Source: Clostridia bacterium (GTDB taxonomy: Bacteria; Bacillota; Clostridia; Oscillospirales; CAG-272). From it: a stretch of DNA of 64,000 bases. Position 1 is the first letter of the stretch, and each line of letters starts with the position of its first letter. Made by a program: the position numbers and the translations under genes. The stretch lies in assembly GCA_017517745.1 (NCBI GenBank), contig JAFWYJ010000010.1, forward strand, positions 146 to 64,145, given 5' to 3'. Of the stretch, positions 28,862 through 39,424 are shown piece after piece. The notes beneath the pieces were generated by a model that did no database searches, was not told where the DNA came from, and was given only the letters and a program-made list of their open reading frames with translations.

Positions 28862-31800
28862 TTATTGCAGAATGACGTTTTCCGCACCGAGCAGGTCGGT
28901 CATCTGCCGCATCACGTAGTCACTCATCGCCACGCCGTGCGGAGAGGTATCGTAGGATTTCTCATCGGCAAAATAGAAGAACGCCGGAAACTCTCCCTCA
29001 AACAGCTCGCAAAGATTCAACGCTTTGAAATATTTCGCATCCTTTCTGCCCGGCACGCGCAAAAACAGGCGCCGCGGCGCGGCGGGACGTGCGGGAGTGG
29101 GGCTTGGGTTGGGCTTTGCCGTCAGTGAAGCCGCCTTCGTTGGCATATCACGCTCTTGCCGAGACTCTGTCACAGTCGAGATCATCTCGGACCTGAAGCG
29201 CGCATCCTCAACCAGTTCCTCCAAGCGGTTGACGAGCACCTTGGGAGGCTCGTCCTCGCGCAAGGAAACGGTTCCGCTGACGTAAAGAGCGGCGTCGACA
29301 CGGATCAAATGCGCATTTTCGGCATACTGCCGCGCAAAGGCAACACACTCGATCTCCGCCATGCGGTCCTCCAGGGTAAAGAACGCCATACGGTCACCGT
29401 TGCGCGTATTTTTGAGCGTGACCGAGGTCACGATGCCCACGAGATTGACGCGCATTTTCTCGGCGGGATCGCTTTCGTCTCCCACCAGATCCAAGATCTG
29501 ATCGTACTTCAGGTGCGAGAGATGCTTGGTATATTCATCCAACATCTGCCCCGAGAAATACATTCCCGTGGCATCCTTCTCCATCAACAGCTTTTCTCTC
29601 ACGCCAAGCTCGGGAATATCGGGATATTCGCACTGCGGCTTTTGATAGCCTCCCGTCCCTCCGTCGAGCATCGAGAACATATCCAGCTGTCCCTCGAGAT
29701 TGTTTCTTCCCTTTTCGACGGCTTGGTCGATCATCTTTTCATAGACGCGCAAAAGCTGACTTCGGTAAACGCCAAGGCCGTCAAAGGTTCCCGCCTTCAA
29801 AAGCGACTCGACCATTCTTTTGTTCAAATCACTCGCGGGCATGCGGTCGATGAAGTCCTCAAAGGAGGCAAAGGGCCCGCGCCGTCTCTCCTCCAGGATC
29901 GCGTTCAAGATGGAACGCCCAACGTTCTTGACCGCCAGCAGTCCAAATCGAATATCCTTGCCGCTGACCGAAAAGTAGATGCGACTCTCATTGATATTGG
30001 GCGGCAGGACACGAATCCCTCGCGCCGCACACTCTGAAATATATTCCGCGACCTTGGTCTGATTTCCGAGAACGCTGGTCAAAAGCGCCGAAAAATAGGC
30101 GTGCGGATAGTGACACTTGAGATATGCCGTTCGGTAGGAGATCACCGCGTAAGCCGCCGCGTGCGATTTGTTGAAGGCATAGTTTGCAAAGCTCTCCATG
30201 TCGGCGAACAGCTCTGCCGCGGCATCCTTGTCAATGCCGCGCTCGACGGCGCCCGCCACGAAGCTCTCACGCTCGGACAGCAGCACGTCCGCCTTCTTCT
30301 TGGACATGGCACGGCGCACAACGTCGGCGTGTCCGAAGGTGTATCCCGCGATCTCGCGGAAAATGCTCATGACCTGCTCCTGATAGACCACGCAACCGTA
30401 GGTCGAGCGCAGGATCGGCTCGAGCTGTGGGATGGCATACTCCACCTTTTCGGGGTGATGACGGCACTCGATGAATTTCGGGATCGAGTCCATCGGACCG
30501 GGACGGTAAAGCGCGATCGCCGCGATGACGTCGTCGAGGCGCTCGGGCATCAGATTGGAAAGCATCTGTTTCATGCCGCCCGACTCGAGCTGAAAGACAC
30601 CGCCGGTCTTGCCGGAGGAGATCAGTCGGTAGGTCGCCGCGTCGTCAAGCGGCAGCTTTTCGATGTCAAACGCGGGCTCGCTCTCGCGGATCTGCCGCTC
30701 TGCATCGTGAATGATGGTCAGATAACGCAGTGCAAGGAAGTCAAACTTGAGCAGTCCGAGCCTTGCCACCGTGTCCATGTCAAACTGTGTTACCACCGTG
30801 CCGTTGCTCATGGCAAGCGGCACGTATTCCGCGATCGGTCGGTCGGTGATGACCACGCCAGCGGCGTGGATCGAGACGTTGCGCGGCATTCCCTCAAGCG
30901 CCATCGCCGTATCGACCAGACGCTTGACCTCATTGGAATTTTCATATTGATTCTTCAACTCCGGCAGCTTGAGTGCCATGGAAATGGTAATATTCAGCTC
31001 TTGAGGAACGGCACGCGCCACCACGTCGACGTCCTGATAGGACATTCCGAGCGCGCGTCCGACGTCTCGGATCGCCGCACGCGCGGCAAGCGTTCCAAAG
31101 GTGATGATCTGCGACACGTGATCGCTGCCGTATTTTCTCGCGACGTATTCGATGACCTCGTCGCGTCTGTTATAGCAAAAATCCACGTCAATATCGGGCA
31201 TGCTGACGCGCTCGGGATTGAGGAATCGCTCGAACAGAAGATCGAACTTGATCGAATCGACGTCGGTGATGCAAAGCGCAAAGGCGACCAGACTGCCCGC
31301 ACCCGAGCCGCGCCCGGGACCGACGGGAATGTCTTTGGATCTCGCAAAAGCGATATAGTCCTGCACGATCAGGAAATAATCGGCATATCCCATCTCGACG
31401 ATCACAGAAAGCTCGTACTCCATCCGCGCCTCGTAGTCCTCGCGGCGGTATCGGTCAAACACGATATGTCCGCGCGCGATCCGATCCTCAAGTCCCCGAT
31501 AGGCAAGCGCACGCAAATGCGACGCGGCACTCTCACCCGCGGGACAAGGGAATTTCGGCAGATACGTGGTGGAAAAATCAAACTCTACGTTACATCTCTC
31601 GGCAATGCGACAAGTATTTTGGATCGCCTCGGGATACTGACGGAAAAGCATCTCCATCTCGTTGGTATCCTTGAGATAAAACTCGTCGGTCGCAAACGCC
31701 GCAGGACGTCCTGCGTCAACGGTGGTGTTGGTTTGAATGCACATCAGGATCGCCTGGGTTTCGGCATCGTGTCGGCGCAGATAGTGACAGTCGTTGGTGG

Positions 31801-32407
31801 CGACAAGTCCGAGTCCGCAGTCCTCTGCCAATTTGACAAGCGACGGCAGAATTGCTTTTTGCTCGGCAAGACCGTGGTCCTGAATTTCGATATAAAACCG
31901 ATCTTTTCCGAAAATATCAGAATAACGTCGCGCCGTCTCGGCCGCCCCCGCGAAATCTCCTCTGCTGAGCTGCTTGGGAATACGACCTCCGAGGCAGGCG
32001 GAGAGCGCGATCAGACCGCCGCTGTATTTTCTGAGCAGCTCATCGTCGACGCGCGGCTTGTTGTAAAAGCCCTCGGTGAAGGAAAGCGACACCATCTCGA
32101 TCAGGTTGCGGTAGCCCTCCATGTTCTCGCAGAGCAGGACCAGGTGGTCGGCGTAGCCTTCCCCGTTGTTCACACGGTCAAAGCGCGATTCGGGCGCGAC
32201 GTAGACCTCGCATCCGATGATCGGCTTGATCCCCTCGCGGCGGCACGCCTCCCAAAACGCCACGACACCGTACATCACGCCGTGATCGGTGATGGCGACC
32301 GCTTCCTGCCCACATTCCTTCGCTCGCTTGGGAATGTCGGCGATCCGACACGCGCCGTCCAAAAGGCTGTATTCACTGTGCAAATGCAGGTGTACGAATC
32401 CGTTCAT
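28862..32407 (-). CDS. dnaE: DNA polymerase III alpha subunit, DnaE type
   Basis: MNGFVHLHLHSEYSLLDGA (PHP domain) after GGAGGAAAGC. The track ORF's upstream 115 codons overlap whiA. Confidence 0.95.
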   Translation of the reverse strand: MNGFVHLHLHSEYSLLDGACRIADIPKRAKECGQEAVAITDHGVMYGVVAFWEACRREGIKPIIGCEVYVAPESRFDRVNNGEGYADHLVLLCENMEGYRNLIEMVSLSFTEGFYNKPRVDDELLRKYSGGLIALSACLGGRIPKQLSRGDFAGAAETARRYSDIFGKDRFYIEIQDHGLAEQKAILPSLVKLAEDCGLGLVATNDCHYLRRHDAETQAILMCIQTNTTVDAGRPAAFATDEFYLKDTNEMEMLFRQYPEAIQNTCRIAERCNVEFDFSTTYLPKFPCPAGESAASHLRALAYRGLEDRIARGHIVFDRYRREDYEARMEYELSVIVEMGYADYFLIVQDYIAFARSKDIPVGPGRGSGAGSLVAFALCITDVDSIKFDLLFERFLNPERVSMPDIDVDFCYNRRDEVIEYVARKYGSDHVSQIITFGTLAARAAIRDVGRALGMSYQDVDVVARAVPQELNITISMALKLPELKNQYENSNEVKRLVDTAMALEGMPRNVSIHAAGVVITDRPIAEYVPLAMSNGTVVTQFDMDTVARLGLLKFDFLALRYLTIIHDAERQIRESEPAFDIEKLPLDDAATYRLISSGKTGGVFQLESGGMKQMLSNLMPERLDDVIAAIALYRPGPMDSIPKFIECRHHPEKVEYAIPQLEPILRSTYGCVVYQEQVMSIFREIAGYTFGHADVVRRAMSKKKADVLLSERESFVAGAVERGIDKDAAAELFADMESFANYAFNKSHAAAYAVISYRTAYLKCHYPHAYFSALLTSVLGNQTKVAEYISECAARGIRVLPPNINESRIYFSVSGKDIRFGLLAVKNVGRSILNAILEERRRGPFASFEDFIDRMPASDLNKRMVESLLKAGTFDGLGVYRSQLLRVYEKMIDQAVEKGRNNLEGQLDMFSMLDGGTGGYQKPQCEYPDIPELGVREKLLMEKDATGMYFSGQMLDEYTKHLSHLKYDQILDLVGDESDPAEKMRVNLVGIVTSVTLKNTRNGDRMAFFTLEDRMAEIECVAFARQYAENAHLIRVDAALYVSGTVSLREDEPPKVLVNRLEELVEDARFRSEMISTVTESRQERDMPTKAASLTAKPNPSPTPARPAAPRRLFLRVPGRKDAKYFKALNLCELFEGEFPAFFYFADEKSYDTSPHGVAMSDYVMRQMTDLLGAENVILQ

Positions 32408-32438
32408 GCTTTCCTCCGATGTTTTTTGAATCGATTGT

Positions 32439-33332
32439 TCAGGTTGAAAGTTCCTCCGCTTCCTCCAACAGCTTTTTGAGGCGGTGGTTGAGCCCCGATT
32501 TGGAGATCGGCGGCTCGTGCAGGCGCACAAGCTCGTCCAACGTGGCGTCGGGATTGCGATAGCGCACCATCGCCGTCGTGCGGAGCGCCTCGGGAAGCGA
32601 TTCCATGCGTCCCGTCTCCAAGAGACGGTCGATCGCCTCCATCTGACGCGTCGCGGCAGAGATCGTCTTTTCAATATTTTTTGCCACACAGTTGGTGGCG
32701 CGGTTTTCATTGTTACGAATCTCCCGTTCGATGCGGCTGTTGATGATCTCAAACACGGTGTGCTGTGCGCCCGCCATGCCGATCAGATCCTCAACGGAGC
32801 CGCCGTCCTTGTAATACAGTCCGACCGATCCTTGGCGCGCAAAGCTACGCGGCGGATAGCCGCAATCGGCAAGGAAACGGGAAAGGGGGCGTATCTCCGC
32901 TCCCACGGGCAATGCAAACTCCAGATGGAAGGACTTATGGGGATCGTTGACCGTACCGCAAGCGAGAAAAAGTCCGCGCAAAAACGCGCCGCGGCAGGAG
33001 TCGCATGCAAACGGCAAGATCTGCGCAATCTCGGCGTCGGGAGAAAAAAGCTGCACCGATTGGCGATAGCAGGCGGGGGATGAGAAGGTCAGGTCATAGT
33101 AGACGTGACCGCAGGCTCCGCTGACCGCGATCTCGGGTGCCTTCGCGTACTGCTGACGAATCATCTCGGTGGCAAGTGCGGCAACCGTCTCGTGCTGATA
33201 CCGCACCGCCATTCGTTTGCCGTCAACGGCGCGAACCAATGACAGAAGCCCCGCGGTCAAGGCGCGGCGGCAACAGTTTTTTTTCACGGGAAGCGCGCAA
33301 AGCTCGGCGCGCACCTCATCTGCAAAAGACAT
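32439..33332 (-). CDS. whiA: DNA-binding protein WhiA
   Basis: MSFADEVRAELCALPVKKNCCRRALTAGLL and a C-terminal HTH (LVRLHEPPISKSGLNHRLKKL). Confidence 0.9.
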   Translation of the reverse strand: MSFADEVRAELCALPVKKNCCRRALTAGLLSLVRAVDGKRMAVRYQHETVAALATEMIRQQYAKAPEIAVSGACGHVYYDLTFSSPACYRQSVQLFSPDAEIAQILPFACDSCRGAFLRGLFLACGTVNDPHKSFHLEFALPVGAEIRPLSRFLADCGYPPRSFARQGSVGLYYKDGGSVEDLIGMAGAQHTVFEIINSRIEREIRNNENRATNCVAKNIEKTISAATRQMEAIDRLLETGRMESLPEALRTTAMVRYRNPDATLDELVRLHEPPISKSGLNHRLKKLLEEAEELST

Positions 33333-33340
33333 AGTCCACC

Positions 33341-34237
33341 TCACAAAAATCGAATCTCACACTCCAGCGTCACGCCCGTTTGCGCCAACACGCGCGCACG
33401 GATCAGCTCACACAGGCATCTGACGTCCTCGGCGGTCGCGCCGCCGCGATTGACGATGAATCCCGCGTGCTTGACCGAAACCTCGGCACCGCCCACGCGC
33501 GTTCCCTTCAGTCCGCAATCCTCGATCAGCTTTCCCGCAAAATAGCCCTCGGGGCGCTTGAATACACTCCCCGCACTTGGAAACTCCAGCGGTTGTGTTC
33601 GGCGTCTCCGCTCGGTATAGTCGCGCATCCGCGCGCAGATTTCGGTCGGATTCCCCTTTTGAAGAACCAACTCCGCACCTAAAACGGTATAGTGGGGATG
33701 CTTTTCGTAAATACTTGTTCTGTTGGAAAATTCTTGCGCCTCACCGCAGAGCACGGCAGTTTCACCCGTCCGCAGATCGTAATATTCGCTCTTCTGACAA
33801 ATATCCGCCATGCAACCGCCAAAAGCGCCCGCGTTCATAAACACCGCTCCCCCCAGCGTTCCGGGAATCCCATAGAGAAATTCCGCGCCGCCAAGAGATG
33901 CCCGTTGCGCCGCGTTGGCAATCGCGCTCAGCGAAGCCCCGGCTCCGACTCGGATTCGCGTGCCGACGACCGTCAGTTCTTTCCACGCCGTGGTGAAAAT
34001 CACCGCACCGTCAAATCCGCGGTCGGAAAACACCACGTTGGAGGCGTTGCCGATGATCAGATGCGGAACGCCGTGGCGTCTCACGCCGTCAAGGCAGGCA
34101 ATCATTTCCTCTCGATTTTTCGGAAACAGCGCGAGCTTGGCACAGCCCCCGATGCGAAAGCTGCTGTAACGGCAAAGCGGGCATTCGTTTTCGGCACGGA
34201 TTCCCGCACGCTTCAAATCGTTTCGCAAACGCTCCAT
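33341..34237 (-). CDS. murB: UDP-N-acetylmuramate dehydrogenase
   Basis: FRIGGCAKLALFP...GIPGTLGGAVFMNAGAFGG...AGSVFKRP. Confidence 0.92.
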   Translation of the reverse strand: MERLRNDLKRAGIRAENECPLCRYSSFRIGGCAKLALFPKNREEMIACLDGVRRHGVPHLIIGNASNVVFSDRGFDGAVIFTTAWKELTVVGTRIRVGAGASLSAIANAAQRASLGGAEFLYGIPGTLGGAVFMNAGAFGGCMADICQKSEYYDLRTGETAVLCGEAQEFSNRTSIYEKHPHYTVLGAELVLQKGNPTEICARMRDYTERRRRTQPLEFPSAGSVFKRPEGYFAGKLIEDCGLKGTRVGGAEVSVKHAGFIVNRGGATAEDVRCLCELIRARVLAQTGVTLECEIRFL

Positions 34238-34348
34238 GTCCTACCTCCAAAAAATCTCGCTGATATTATTATACTCTGTTTTTTGAAAAATTGCAATATC
34301 AAACCTTGATAAAACTTGCGAAAAAAGCATGAAAATCAAATTATCCTC

Positions 34349-34377
34349 TTGCAAAAGGAAAAAAAATAATGTATAAT
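34349..34377 (+). promoter_or_regulatory. promoter of the oxidoreductase-coaE-SLT unit
   Basis: TTGCAA, 17 nt, TATAAT. Confidence 0.6.
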
Positions 34378-34428
34378 ATATAATGGATATAAATGTCAGC
34401 CGCAATTGCGGCGGAAAGGCTGTACGTG

Positions 34429-35583
34429 ATGGAAAACAAGCAGAAAAAACAATGGAATATCGGTCTGCTCGGATTTGGATCCATGGGAAGAACCCACACC
34501 TGGGCGGTGCAAAATCTGCCGTTCTTTTACGGAGATCTCCCCTTTCGTGCCGTCACACGCGCCGTTTGCACCACGTCGCAAGCAAAGTCCGACCGCGTAG
34601 GCGCGGAATTCGGCATTGAGATCACGACAACCGACGAGGACGCGATCATTCACGATCCCACGATCGACGTCATTGATATTTGCACCCCGAACGTCTGCCA
34701 CTTCGAGACGCTGAAAAAGGCAATCGCTGCGGGCAAGCACGTGCTGTGCGAAAAGCCGCTCTGCATCTCCCCTGCCGAGGCGCAAGAGATCCTTGCGATG
34801 CCGCGTCGCGAGGGGCAGGTGCTCGGAATGGTATTCAACAACCGTTGGCTCTCCCCCGTCATGCGCGCCAAGCAGCTGATCGACGAAGGGCGAATCGGAG
34901 AGATCCTGAGCTTTCACGCGTCTTATCTTCACAACAGTGCCGCCGACGTAAACCGTCCCGCGGGCTGGAAGCAGGACAAAACGGTCTGCGGCGGCGGAGT
35001 GCTCTTTGACCTCGGCTCGCACGTCATTGATCTGATTTCGTGGCTTTGCGGACGCTTCGCGTCTGTCAGCGGCATGTCACAGATCTCCTACCCCGAGCGT
35101 CTCGGCAGAGACGGATCTGCTTGGAAAACCAACGCGGACGAAGCCTTCTATTGCATGGCGGTCACCGAAAAAGGGGCGAAGGGTACGCTTTCGGTTGGCA
35201 AGCTTCACGTGGGCACCAACGATGATTTTTCTTTTGAGATCTACGGTTCCAAGGGGGCATTGCGCTTCTCTTTGATGGAACCGAACTGGCTGTATTTTTA
35301 TGACGGAACCGCCAAGTCTGAGCCTTTGGGCGGAGAGCGCGGCTTTTGCCGCATCGAATGTGTGGGACGCTATCCCGACCTGATCTTCCCCTCCCCAAAG
35401 GCTCCCGCCGGTTGGCTCTACGGTCATCTGGCAAGCATGCACGCCTTTCTTTGCGCGGTCGACACCGGCAAGTCCTTCTCGCCCTCCTTTGAAGAAGGTG
35501 CTTACGTACAGGCTGTGATGGATACCGCTTATCGCTCCGATTCCACGGGCTGTCGGATGCTGGAGGTGCCGCCGTGCTGGTAA
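34429..35583 (+). CDS. Gfo/Idh/MocA-family oxidoreductase
   Basis: WNIGLLGFGSMGRTH (Rossmann fold) and EKPLCISPAEA. An alternative start lies at 34393. Confidence 0.8.
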   Translation: MENKQKKQWNIGLLGFGSMGRTHTWAVQNLPFFYGDLPFRAVTRAVCTTSQAKSDRVGAEFGIEITTTDEDAIIHDPTIDVIDICTPNVCHFETLKKAIAAGKHVLCEKPLCISPAEAQEILAMPRREGQVLGMVFNNRWLSPVMRAKQLIDEGRIGEILSFHASYLHNSAADVNRPAGWKQDKTVCGGGVLFDLGSHVIDLISWLCGRFASVSGMSQISYPERLGRDGSAWKTNADEAFYCMAVTEKGAKGTLSVGKLHVGTNDDFSFEIYGSKGALRFSLMEPNWLYFYDGTAKSEPLGGERGFCRIECVGRYPDLIFPSPKAPAGWLYGHLASMHAFLCAVDTGKSFSPSFEEGAYVQAVMDTAYRSDSTGCRMLEVPPCW

Positions 35584-36176
35584 TTGGATTGACAGGACCG
35601 TCCGGCGCGGGCAAAAGCCGTGTTGCCTCACTCTTCGAGCAACTCGGTCTTCCTCGCATCGACGCGGATGCCATCTATCATGCGCTCTTGGAGCCGCCCT
35701 CCCCCTGCCTTGACGAGCTGACCGAATATTTCGGCGCGCAGATCCTTGCGGAGGACGGAACGCTCAACCGACGCGCGCTGGGACAGATCGTATTTCACGA
35801 TCCCGCCAAGCTTTCCGCTCTCAATGAGATCTCACACCGCTACGTCATGGCAGAAATTCGTCGCCGATTGGAGCAGCTGCGCAAGGAATCCTTCCAAGCA
35901 GCACTCCTCGATGCGCCGCAGCTTTTTGAAGCGGGTGCCGAGCGCGATTGCAACGTCATCGTTTCGGTCCTTGCAGACGAAGCCATTCGTATGAGCCGCA
36001 TCATGCAACGCGACGCCATTGACAAGGAAACCGCCGCCTCGCGTTTCCGTGCGCAAAAGAGCGACACGTTCTTCCGAACCCATTCGGACTATATCATCGA
36101 GAACAACGATGCACCCGATCGTCTTTTGCCCGAGGTGCGGCGGATTCTCGCGGAAATGGGGGTGGATCTGCCGTGA
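35574..36176 (+). CDS. coaE: dephospho-CoA kinase
   Basis: GTG start. VIGLTGPSGAGKS. Confidence 0.88.
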   Translation: MLVIGLTGPSGAGKSRVASLFEQLGLPRIDADAIYHALLEPPSPCLDELTEYFGAQILAEDGTLNRRALGQIVFHDPAKLSALNEISHRYVMAEIRRRLEQLRKESFQAALLDAPQLFEAGAERDCNVIVSVLADEAIRMSRIMQRDAIDKETAASRFRAQKSDTFFRTHSDYIIENNDAPDRLLPEVRRILAEMGVDLP

Positions 36177-36754
36177 AAATCACGTTTTGGCGTGTGACCG
36201 CATTTTTCCTCTTGATCGCGCTTTCGATCGGCTTCGGCTTTGCCTTTGATGCCGCCATGACTGCCATCGAACGAAAGAACTATCCGATCGAGGATTCTCT
36301 TGCCGTCGCGGTGCGCCGCGAGTCCGAACAATACGGAATCCCCGAAGCCATCCTCTGGGCAACCATGCATACGGGAAGCGGCTTTGCGAGCAATCACGTC
36401 TCCTCGGCGGGAGCGATCGGACTGATGCAGCTCACGCCCGCACAGTTTGACTTTATCTGCACCGAGGTTTTTGAAAAAGAAAAAATGGACGCGGGCATGC
36501 TTTACGATCCCGCCACCAATCTCTCTGCCGGCTCTGCCTACCTTTCCTATCTCTACACACGCTACGGCGTTTGGGAGCAGGTCTTTGCCGCCTATGTTGC
36601 AGGAACCGATACCGTCGACGAATGGCTCAAAAACCCCGATTGTATCTCTCCCCAGGGAGTTCTGCAAAACATCCCCGACAAAAGCGTCTCGGCTTACGTC
36701 AAATCGGTCAAAACCGCAATTGACCAATATACAAAACTGTACTATCATTCATGA
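36173..36754 (+). CDS. membrane-anchored lytic transglycosylase (SLT domain)
   Basis: AILWATMHTGSGF...GAIGLMQLTPAQF. Confidence 0.8.
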   Translation: MKITFWRVTAFFLLIALSIGFGFAFDAAMTAIERKNYPIEDSLAVAVRRESEQYGIPEAILWATMHTGSGFASNHVSSAGAIGLMQLTPAQFDFICTEVFEKEKMDAGMLYDPATNLSAGSAYLSYLYTRYGVWEQVFAAYVAGTDTVDEWLKNPDCISPQGVLQNIPDKSVSAYVKSVKTAIDQYTKLYYHS

Positions 36755-36773
36755 ATATAAAGGAGTCAACATC

Positions 36774-38156
36774 ATGTCCCCAAAAAAGAAAAATCTCTCC
36801 TACGAGAAAAAAACCGTTTACGAAAAAGCAGGCAGCAAGGTTGTTACCGAGGCTTATGAATACGCCAAGGATTACGTCAAGTTCCTCGATGCCGCAAAGA
36901 CCGAGCGCGAGGCAGTGGCTGCGGGCGTCAAGCTGGCAGAGGCTGCAGGTTACCGTCCCTATTTCTTCGGCATGCCCCTGAAGGCGGGCGACAAGTTCTA
37001 TTTCAACAACCGCGGCAAGAATATCTATCTGTTCCGCATCGGTACCGAGGACATCAACAACGGTATCCGCATCACCGCCGCGCACATCGACTCGCCTCGC
37101 CTTGACCTGAAGCAGGTTCCGATCTATGAAGAGGGCGGCATGTGCTATCTCAAAACGCATTATTACGGCGGCATCCGCAAATATCAGTGGTTGGCAATGC
37201 CCCTGGCACTGCACGGCGTGGTCGTGAAGCAGGACGGCGAGATCGTCAACGTCACCGTCGGCGAAAACGAGACCGATCCCGTGATGTATATCACCGACCT
37301 CCTTCCCCACCTCGCGGCTGCCGAGAACGAAAAGCCGATTTCCAAGGCGTTCCAAGCAGAAAAGCTAAACGTCGTGGTCGGCAGTCAGCCGCTCGACGGC
37401 GAGGAGAAGGACGCGGTGAAGGCAGGCGTGCTTCGGTATCTCTACGAAGCGTACGACATCACCGAGGAGGACTTCCTCTCTGCCGAGCTGTCAATCGTTC
37501 CCGCAGGACGTGCGCGTGACGTCGGATTTGACCGCTCGATGATCTGCGCCTACGGTCACGATGACCGCGTTTGCGCCTATCCCTCGATCACTGCGATGAT
37601 CGACGCAGACGAAGCAAAGCATACCACCATGTGCATCCTTGTCGACAAGGAAGAGACCGGAAGCGACGGCGTGACGGGTATGCAGAGCAGTCTGATCACC
37701 GATATCATCACCGAGATCGCCAAGGCGCTCGGCGGCAACGAGGCGGCAGTCCGTGCCAACTCCAAATGTCTCTCGAGCGACGTGACCGCGACCTACGATC
37801 CCAACTTTGCCGACGTTTACGAATACCGCAATTCTTCCTTGATCGGCTGTGGCGTCAGCATGTGCAAATTCACCGGTGCGCGCGGCAAGAGCGGTACCTC
37901 CGACGCGTCCGCCGAGCTGGTCGCATGGGTACGCCGCTTCCTCAACGAGGCGGGCGTGGTCTGGCAGACCTGCGAATTGGGTAAGACCGACGTGGGCGGC
38001 GGCGGAACGGTTGCCAAATACATGGCAAATCACAACATCGACACCATTGACATCGGTGTCGGCGTCCTCTCCATGCACGCGCCCTACGAGCTGATCGCAA
38101 AGGTCGACCTCTACGAGGCTTACCGCGCATTCAAGGCATTCTACAACTTCCAATAA
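36774..38156 (+). CDS. M18-family aminopeptidase
   Basis: AAHIDSPRLDLKQ, DKEETGSDG. ATG 36774 follows AAGGAG. The track ORF extension overlaps the SLT gene. Confidence 0.85.
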   Translation: MSPKKKNLSYEKKTVYEKAGSKVVTEAYEYAKDYVKFLDAAKTEREAVAAGVKLAEAAGYRPYFFGMPLKAGDKFYFNNRGKNIYLFRIGTEDINNGIRITAAHIDSPRLDLKQVPIYEEGGMCYLKTHYYGGIRKYQWLAMPLALHGVVVKQDGEIVNVTVGENETDPVMYITDLLPHLAAAENEKPISKAFQAEKLNVVVGSQPLDGEEKDAVKAGVLRYLYEAYDITEEDFLSAELSIVPAGRARDVGFDRSMICAYGHDDRVCAYPSITAMIDADEAKHTTMCILVDKEETGSDGVTGMQSSLITDIITEIAKALGGNEAAVRANSKCLSSDVTATYDPNFADVYEYRNSSLIGCGVSMCKFTGARGKSGTSDASAELVAWVRRFLNEAGVVWQTCELGKTDVGGGGTVAKYMANHNIDTIDIGVGVLSMHAPYELIAKVDLYEAYRAFKAFYNFQ

Positions 38157-38201
38157 TCCCCCTCAAAGCATCAAAAATCACAACGGAAAGGAGAGCGATC
38201 C

Positions 38202-39269
38202 ATGCTCAAAAAGCTGGGAGAAGCAGAAGAAAAATATCAACATCTGGAAGCCTCGCTCTCCGATCCCGCAGTGGCATCCGATCCCGCGCGCTTCGTCGAC
38301 GTGATGAAGGAATATCGCGCACTCACCCCCATCATTGAAAAATTCCGTGACTATCGCAAAACCGAGGAGGCGATTGCCGAGATCCTCACGCTTTTGGAGA
38401 GCGAGAGCGACGTCGAGCTTCGCCAGCTTGCCAACGAGGAGCTCAAAAGCACCAAGGAGACCTCCGAAATTCTGTTGCAGGAGCTGACGCTCCTGATGCT
38501 CCCGAAGGATCCCAACGACGAAAAGAACGTCATCGTCGAGATCCGTGCGGGCGCGGGCGGCGAGGAGGCGGCACTGTTTGCCGCCGTGCTCTATCGAATG
38601 TACTCGATGTACGCCGACGCGCAGGGCTACCGATGCTCGGTCATGAATCAGAACCCCACCGAGCTGGGAGGCTTTCGCGAGATCGTCTTTATGATCGAGG
38701 GCGAGGGCGCGTATTCGAGACTGAAATTCGAAAGCGGCGTCCATCGCGTGCAACGCGTTCCCGAAACCGAATCGCAGGGACGTATTCAGACCTCCACCGC
38801 AACCGTGGCGGTGCTTCCCGAGGTTGAGGACGTGTCGATTGAAATCAATCCCGCAGACCTCGTCTTTGAATCCTGCAAATCGAGCGGGGCGGGCGGTCAG
38901 CACATCAACAAGACCGAATCCGCCGTCCGCCTGACGCACAAGCCCACGGGAATCGTGGTGGAATGTCAGGAGGAGCGCAGTCAATTCAAAAACAAGGACA
39001 AGGCGCTCAAAATGCTGCGCGCCATTCTCTACGACCGCGCAAGCCGCGAGCAAAGCGAGGCGATCGCCTCCGACCGCCGTCAGCAGGTAGGCACGGGAGA
39101 CAGAAGCGAGCGCATCCGCACCTATAATTACCGCGAAAACCGCGTCTCCGATCATCGCATCGGGCTGACGCTCTACTCGCTCGATACCTTCCTTGACGGT
39201 GACATCAACGCGATGATCGACGCGCTTGCCACCGCACAGACTGCCGAAAAGCTGAAGCAACAGGCTTGA
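38202..39269 (+). CDS. prfA: peptide chain release factor 1
   Basis: GGQ motif (SSGAGGQHINKTESAVRLTH). A PxT-type recognition region is present. Confidence 0.95.
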   Translation: MLKKLGEAEEKYQHLEASLSDPAVASDPARFVDVMKEYRALTPIIEKFRDYRKTEEAIAEILTLLESESDVELRQLANEELKSTKETSEILLQELTLLMLPKDPNDEKNVIVEIRAGAGGEEAALFAAVLYRMYSMYADAQGYRCSVMNQNPTELGGFREIVFMIEGEGAYSRLKFESGVHRVQRVPETESQGRIQTSTATVAVLPEVEDVSIEINPADLVFESCKSSGAGGQHINKTESAVRLTHKPTGIVVECQEERSQFKNKDKALKMLRAILYDRASREQSEAIASDRRQQVGTGDRSERIRTYNYRENRVSDHRIGLTLYSLDTFLDGDINAMIDALATAQTAEKLKQQA

Positions 39270-39314
39270 CAAAAGAAACGCCGCAAAGGACGTTTCGCCC
39301 TCTGCGGAGAGCGA

Positions 39315-39360
39315 GGAGGCTTCCGCAGCCTCCACCACGCAAGCTTTTAAAAAAGCTTGC
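39315..39360. repeat. composite REP-like element (GC hairpin plus AAGCTTTT/AAAAGCTT palindrome)
   Basis: GGAGGCT-tccgc-AGCCTCC, CACCACGC, GCAAGCTTTT-aa-AAAAGCTTGC, then CCAAAACTTTTT. Confidence 0.6.
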
Positions 39361-39424
39361 CCAAAACTTTTTGCGCACTGACAAAATAACTTTGTTTTTC
39401 AATCTACGAAAGCGAGGTGTTTTT

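Noticed and set aside
30101-32479. 792-aa ORF on the plus strand
   Set aside because: It is antisense to dnaE, whose translation carries unmistakable Pol III alpha motifs. The antisense product has no recognisable features.
32408-32752. N-terminal 115-codon extension of the dnaE track ORF
   Set aside because: It overlaps the 3' part of whiA. The PHP-domain start MNGFVHLHLH has a perfect GGAGGAAAGC RBS.
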